Shown here: in pieces, positions 59,314-64,000 of the stretch
Position numbering within the stretch: position 1 is the first letter of the stretch
Layout: each line of letters opens with the position of its first letter
Assembly (NCBI GenBank): GCA_963825055.1
Contig: CAWGSK010000017.1
Span: 23,236-87,235 of the forward strand
Source of the DNA: an uncultured Gemmatimonadales bacterium
Lineage (GTDB): Bacteria; Gemmatimonadota; Gemmatimonadetes; Gemmatimonadales; GWC2-71-9
Length of the DNA stretch: 64,000 bases
Direction: 5' to 3'
Position numbers and translations under genes: made by a program
The notes under the pieces: generated by a model
Seen by the model: only the letters and a program-made list of their open reading frames with translations
What the model was told of the DNA's origin: nothing
Database searches by the model: none

Positions 59314-60363
59314 TTATGCGGGCGGCAGCAGCGCTTCGGGAATCCGGACTCGTACCAGGGTACCGTTGTCAAAAGAGAGGAGAAACAGAAGCCCCCTGGA
59401 AGAATCCACGGCAAAGGAGGTGATCCCCGTTGCGCCACGCAGCGTGATTCGCTGGTGGATGTCCCCACTCGAGTCGACAACGAGAATGACCGCAGGCGAG
59501 TCGGGCCAGCGGAGGAGCGTCCACAATTCGTCCCCAATCGATACGCTCTCCGAAAAGTACCTCAGTGTGTGAAGATGGCGTGGATTGGGGTCCTTGTTAT
59601 TCAGATCGAAGAATCTCGCACGAATGCTGTCAAGCACCTCATCGTGAACGGACAGGCGCCACAACAGCGAATCAGATGCTGAGTAGCGTTCGACGACTCC
59701 GTTGCCCAGCCCAACGAGCCACGCAGAGCCATCTTCGGAGAGCACTGGCATTGTGAGATTGGCCAGGGCCGCGGGAACTCTTCCTTCCCGTATCTCAGTC
59801 TTGAGGGCCACGAAGTCCCAGGATTCTGCGACCGTTGCGGATGGTCGACCCAGGCCGCTGATCGATGAACCGTCCGATCCGTACCGACGCGCGAGAAAGG
59901 AACTCCCTCCGGTCAGTCCCACCAGCAGCCGGCCATCCTGCGTCTGGCTCACAAGACCGGACATTCCACCGGGAGGAAGAGGGCGGCTGCTGATGTATCC
60001 GCCCGTGTCATCCAGGACCTGCAGTCTTCCGTTGCGGGTGTCGATGACGTGTATTCTGCCGGCACGGGCGAGAAGACCGGTGGGATAGTTGAACTCCCCG
60101 GGTCCTGCTCCCATTTGCCCGACGCGGTGCAACAGGTTGCCCGAGGTGTCAAGTATCGCCAGGCGGGAATTATCACCGTCGGACAGATAGAGCCTCCCGC
60201 GCTCATCCAGGCTGACCTCCTCAGGCTGCGCGAGGATGGAATCATCGAGGGTGAAAATCGTATCGGAGATCGCGAGATAAGTATTGACGTCATTCCCGCC
60301 CGCCTCCCCAGGCGAGCACCCAATCGCGAGCACGAGCCAGGCCAGGCGGCGATGAAGAAGCAT
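59314..60363 (-). CDS. 6-bladed beta-propeller (NHL-like) lipoprotein
   Basis: Lipobox AIGC; VGQMGAGPGEFNYP; SD GGAGG; visibly lower GC than flanks. Confidence 0.85.
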   Translation of the reverse strand: MLLHRRLAWLVLAIGCSPGEAGGNDVNTYLAISDTIFTLDDSILAQPEEVSLDERGRLYLSDGDNSRLAILDTSGNLLHRVGQMGAGPGEFNYPTGLLARAGRIHVIDTRNGRLQVLDDTGGYISSRPLPPGGMSGLVSQTQDGRLLVGLTGGSSFLARRYGSDGSSISGLGRPSATVAESWDFVALKTEIREGRVPAALANLTMPVLSEDGSAWLVGLGNGVVERYSASDSLLWRLSVHDEVLDSIRARFFDLNNKDPNPRHLHTLRYFSESVSIGDELWTLLRWPDSPAVILVVDSSGDIHQRITLRGATGITSFAVDSSRGLLFLLSFDNGTLVRVRIPEALLPPA

Positions 60364-60482
60364 GTGTCCTCCCGGAGTCGCTCTGAGGGGGCAAGCCCCA
60401 TCCTTCCTCAGGAGCTGGCGCGTCGGCGTGGTATCCCTGGGTCCAGGCGAATGAGATCCTCAGGCGTCCTGGGGCGGCGAGG

Positions 60483-60508
60483 CCGTCCCGGCTCGCGAGC
60501 CGGGACGG
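60483..60508. terminator. GC hairpin downstream of Cys-rich lipoprotein
   Basis: CCGTCCCGGCTC-GC-GAGCCGGGACGG; no U tract. Confidence 0.5.
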
Positions 60509-60538
60509 TGGATCAGCCCTTGTTTGTACGCTGTCTTC

Positions 60539-61906
60539 CTAGTTCGCCGGGCAGCACCCCTCGCCACAACGCACCCAGAGCTTCTCGTCCTCCTTCACCC
60601 ACCGCCAGCGGGCCGTGCCCGGAATGTGGCGACCGAGGCCAGAGTGGTCATGCCGGTCGATGCAACCGTACCGCCGATCTCCCTGAATGGGGGTGATCCG
60701 CCAGAACCACATATAGCCATCCGGCTGGGTCCCCGCCGAGCAGTCCTGGCTCTCCGGAACGGAGCAGTCTCTATTTGACATGCCGCGGCAGACCTCGAAC
60801 GTGGCCATCTTCATCGCCGGGCTGCCATGCGGCGGCTGCCCCTGACTCAGTCCGTACTTCGCCTGGTAGACATGCGAGGCCGATGTGAGTGAGATCCGCG
60901 CGGCGGGCACCCACTTTTTGGTAAACCACGCCACCGACATCGTATCCAGCGCGGCAGACGGTACAATGGTTCCCATGAACGGAGCGGGCACAAGCGGCCC
61001 GTTCGGATTGCCCGCCGGTCGGATCGCGAGCGGCTGCTCATCGTACCAGCCCTTGATGGCGAACACGGCGCGATCCCGCTTGGGCGCACTGCTGCCGAGC
61101 CCGTAGCGCGGCGACGAGACGTAGTGCTTCGTCCGGGTGACCTCGCACCAGTCGTCTCCGCAGGCGAGCCCCATGTACTGCTCACCCGAGACGGGATCGC
61201 GGTCCCAGCGACCCACGGGCGGCACATGCCCCCGGCCCAGTCCCCCGTTTCCGTGATTGTGCACCCAGAGGGTGTCGCCTTGGAGCGTACTGTCCTGGCT
61301 GCCCACGCAATCCCGGGGATCGCGGACCGGCGCGACCACCGCGCTGTAGCCTGACTGGGAGAAGGCCGGAAAGAGGACCAGGCAGTTCCAGCCCTGCGCG
61401 ATGCCGAGCGCGGAGTACGGGCCGTTCCATGCATAGAGCAGGGCGAAGGTCAGCCCGGTACCGATCGGGGCCGGCGGCGGTGGCTCCTTCTGCTGCGCCG
61501 GGTCCCGCAATCCGGGCATCGTGTCATTCGGATGTTCGTCCATCCACTTCTGCCGCAGCGTCGCGGGGGACAGGCTGGGATTCAGGGTTCTCAATTCCTC
61601 GGGCAGCGAATCCAGAACCTCGGATACCCAGATGCCGGCCAGCACGCTGTAACTTGCGGTGTCCCCGGGGTCCACCAGCCGCTGGCAGTCGTGGAACTCG
61701 GCGACGGTGGTGATGGCTCCGGCAATTGGCAGCGCGGCGGTATCTCCTCCCGGCAACCCGGCCCTGTGATTCGGGCACTCGAGCGAGTCCACCGACATCG
61801 CGGCGGAAAAGTCGCGCGGTGTGTTGCCGCGGTTCTGGCAGCCCATCGCGGCGGCGATGGCAGCAACGACAAGGACCAGCGGCCCGGTCAATCGTACGGG
61901 ATGCAT
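60539..61906 (-). CDS. Cys-rich hypothetical lipoprotein
   Basis: SD AGGAGG, lipobox AMGC; EFHDCQR, GWNCL, RWDRD, CGDDWCEV, RWRW...CGEGCC. Confidence 0.8.
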   Translation of the reverse strand: MHPVRLTGPLVLVVAAIAAAMGCQNRGNTPRDFSAAMSVDSLECPNHRAGLPGGDTAALPIAGAITTVAEFHDCQRLVDPGDTASYSVLAGIWVSEVLDSLPEELRTLNPSLSPATLRQKWMDEHPNDTMPGLRDPAQQKEPPPPAPIGTGLTFALLYAWNGPYSALGIAQGWNCLVLFPAFSQSGYSAVVAPVRDPRDCVGSQDSTLQGDTLWVHNHGNGGLGRGHVPPVGRWDRDPVSGEQYMGLACGDDWCEVTRTKHYVSSPRYGLGSSAPKRDRAVFAIKGWYDEQPLAIRPAGNPNGPLVPAPFMGTIVPSAALDTMSVAWFTKKWVPAARISLTSASHVYQAKYGLSQGQPPHGSPAMKMATFEVCRGMSNRDCSVPESQDCSAGTQPDGYMWFWRITPIQGDRRYGCIDRHDHSGLGRHIPGTARWRWVKEDEKLWVRCGEGCCPAN

Positions 61907-61924
61907 GTGCCCTCCTGGTTAAGG

Positions 61925-64000
61925 TCAGCGACTGATGCGTTCTCCAGGTTCGACGACACCCTCGGTGATCCGCCGCATCCGGTCCGTCACGGGTTGCAGG
62001 GCGGGATCAGCGTCGCTCCAGAGCCTCACGACGGCGCCGGCCCAGCGGATGGCTGTGGGCAGATCGTTGTCCTTCTGCGCCAGCTCGGCACGCAGGACCA
62101 TCGCCTGCACCAGTGTGGCAGCCTTGAGGGGGTCACTCAGCGCGTCGAGTGACCCGAGGGGAATGGCGCGCAGCGCGGCATTCAGGTACTCAACGGCCGC
62201 CGAGGTGTCGCCGGCCTGGGCCAGGAGCCACGCCTCGGGGTAGAGATAGTCCATCGAGACACGTTCGGGGGGAATCCGCGAATCGGCGCGCATCCGCCGC
62301 ACCCGGCGGAGGATCTGCAGGGTGCCTGCGGTGTCCCCCCTGAGCCAGGCCTGTTCGGCCGCGAGCAGCGGATCATGCAGATCGGGCAGGCCTGAAAGGG
62401 CCTTCGCCTGATAGTGGGGAAAGGCAGCGGCGAGGGGGCGTGCCAGCCACTCCCGGAGCAGTTCCGGGCGCTCGTCCATGGGCTGGGCCAGGCTGATGAC
62501 GCTGCGGACCTCCCGCTCGAGCCGCACGATGCTGTCCTCCGGGGCGCCCAGCCCCGCGAAGACCAGCAGGGCTGGGCCCGGCTGGCGCAACGGGCGCAGG
62601 ACATCCCACGCCCCCCTCACCGCGGCTTGGCGATACAGGCGGGCCGCGGTATTCCCGCGCCCGGTCAGGGCCGCAAGCCCTGCAAGGGTGGCGGCTCCCG
62701 CGACGGCCGAGGTATCCTCCTGGCGCAACAGGGAATCGACGAGCGCAGTGCCGTGGCGAACGAGTGCGGTGTCGTCCGGCAGCCCGAACTTGAGCAGGAG
62801 CCGCGCATGGGTGATCGCCACGCGCTCATCCATGGGGCGGCCCGCCGCCAGTCGCCGGGCGGAGGCGATCGTGTCCAGCGCTCCGTGGTCACTCCTGAGT
62901 TCCAGGGCGATGGCGAGAGCCTCCCGCGCGTAGGGATCGTCCGGCGCCGCGGAAACCCACGTCCTCGCGATGTCGGCGAACTGGTCCTGGAGATGCCGCA
63001 GGGCCTCGTCCCGCCCCTCCCAGTCTTCCTCTGACCGCTGGATCATCGCCACCGGCCACGGAACGAACACGACACTGTCGCCCTTCCACGCTGGCCGGGC
63101 ATAGAAAGTGACGCTGTCCGGGGTGGTGGCGTACCCCGTAGAGAGCTGGTTGCGGTCGATGCGGAGGAGGTTGCGGATCGGTGCGTAGGAATCGCTCCGG
63201 GAACTCGAGAGGACCGCAGGGAAGAGCTGGAAGGCCTTCTCGAAACTCTCCAGCGCGGCATCGTAACTGGAACGGAAGCGATAGCCCGACGGGCTTCGGG
63301 GATCCGGGACCACCAGCTTGTCCGCGGCCCGGCACTGGGCGGCGCCGTACCAGCCGACGAACTGCTCGGGGGCGCGCTGTGCGACGGAGTCCCACCGGGC
63401 ACACGCCTCCCCGAAGTCAGCGCGAGCCTGGGCGACGATGGCCCTGGCCATCAGGCTGTCCCGCCCCCGCAGGGCTTCCTGGCGTGCAGCAGCCTGCTCG
63501 GCGGCATAGCTCCATGTCGCGGGATCCTTCCCGTTCCACGCCCGGACCAGGGCAAGCCACAGGTGCGCCTGCGCGTAGTCCGGATCGCGCCGTGCGGCCT
63601 CGGCAAAGGCGGAATCGGCCTGGTCGAGATCCCAGGTCTGCAGGGCACGCTGCCCCCGCGCCTGGGCCTGGCGGGCGGGAAGGGATCGGGTGCCGGGGAA
63701 CTCACCCGGGTCGCCGCTACGGACCAGCAGCGCGTCGGTCATGGCCTGGAACGTCGTGTCAATGGCCCCAAAGTCGGAAGGCACGCGCCTGACTGCGGAC
63801 CCGATTCGCTCGTTGGAGGCAGCGTCATAGAGGTCGAGACCGATGCGGGTCTCGCTACCCGCCGGCGTCACCTGGAGGCGGAAATACCGCCCCGCTCTCA
63901 TCTTCCTGGCGATCTCGGCGGCGTCCGCCAGGTCAAGCTGCGCCCCGCCATGGCGCTCGATCGCCTCGTTCACCTGGAACTGGTCCTGCACCGTGATACC
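61925..64000 (-). CDS. TPR-rich protein, 5'-partial (probable C-terminal part of a membrane Ser/Thr kinase or regulator)
   Basis: Frame open to window edge; TPR helices (DPDYAQAHLWLA); ends LWSDADPALQP. Confidence 0.75.
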   Translation of the reverse strand, partial: GITVQDQFQVNEAIERHGGAQLDLADAAEIARKMRAGRYFRLQVTPAGSETRIGLDLYDAASNERIGSAVRRVPSDFGAIDTTFQAMTDALLVRSGDPGEFPGTRSLPARQAQARGQRALQTWDLDQADSAFAEAARRDPDYAQAHLWLALVRAWNGKDPATWSYAAEQAAARQEALRGRDSLMARAIVAQARADFGEACARWDSVAQRAPEQFVGWYGAAQCRAADKLVVPDPRSPSGYRFRSSYDAALESFEKAFQLFPAVLSSSRSDSYAPIRNLLRIDRNQLSTGYATTPDSVTFYARPAWKGDSVVFVPWPVAMIQRSEEDWEGRDEALRHLQDQFADIARTWVSAAPDDPYAREALAIALELRSDHGALDTIASARRLAAGRPMDERVAITHARLLLKFGLPDDTALVRHGTALVDSLLRQEDTSAVAGAATLAGLAALTGRGNTAARLYRQAAVRGAWDVLRPLRQPGPALLVFAGLGAPEDSIVRLEREVRSVISLAQPMDERPELLREWLARPLAAAFPHYQAKALSGLPDLHDPLLAAEQAWLRGDTAGTLQILRRVRRMRADSRIPPERVSMDYLYPEAWLLAQAGDTSAAVEYLNAALRAIPLGSLDALSDPLKAATLVQAMVLRAELAQKDNDLPTAIRWAGAVVRLWSDADPALQPVTDRMRRITEGVVEPGERISR

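Overview
High-GC bacterial chromosomal window. The gene repertoire (Big_1/filamin lipoproteins, DUF885 Tat lipoprotein, 6-bladed beta-propellers, kinase-type TPR C-terminus) suggests Gemmatimonadota; this is an inference, as no marker gene is present. It holds about 50 CDS: a copper nitrite reductase (nirK) cluster, many secreted hydrolases and peptidases, an FtsH paralog, a class A PBP, two Ig-repeat surface lipoproteins and three tRNAs (Leu-GAG, Thr-CGT, Pro-GGG). No integrase, transposase, Cas or RT gene is visible. Scattered indels suggest a long-read consensus. Most notable: (1) about 17 intergenic 7-9 bp tandem-repeat tracts, most of them bipartite (G-rich arm, core, C-rich arm), that supply stop codons to about a dozen genes; (2) a c-di-GMP-I riboswitch under a sigma54/IHF-like promoter ahead of a tandem pair of unknown lipoproteins; (3) a small PCPPxC protein + polytopic membrane protein + sensor-less kinase + NarL regulator cassette, a candidate peptide/redox signalling system; (4) a beta-propeller + CxxC lipoprotein + secreted 7-Cys micropeptide operon beside tRNA-Pro; (5) a TPR protein + Cys-rich lipoprotein module with a decayed copy of the lipoprotein C-terminus nearby. 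Family calls come from motif recognition only, not database searches.
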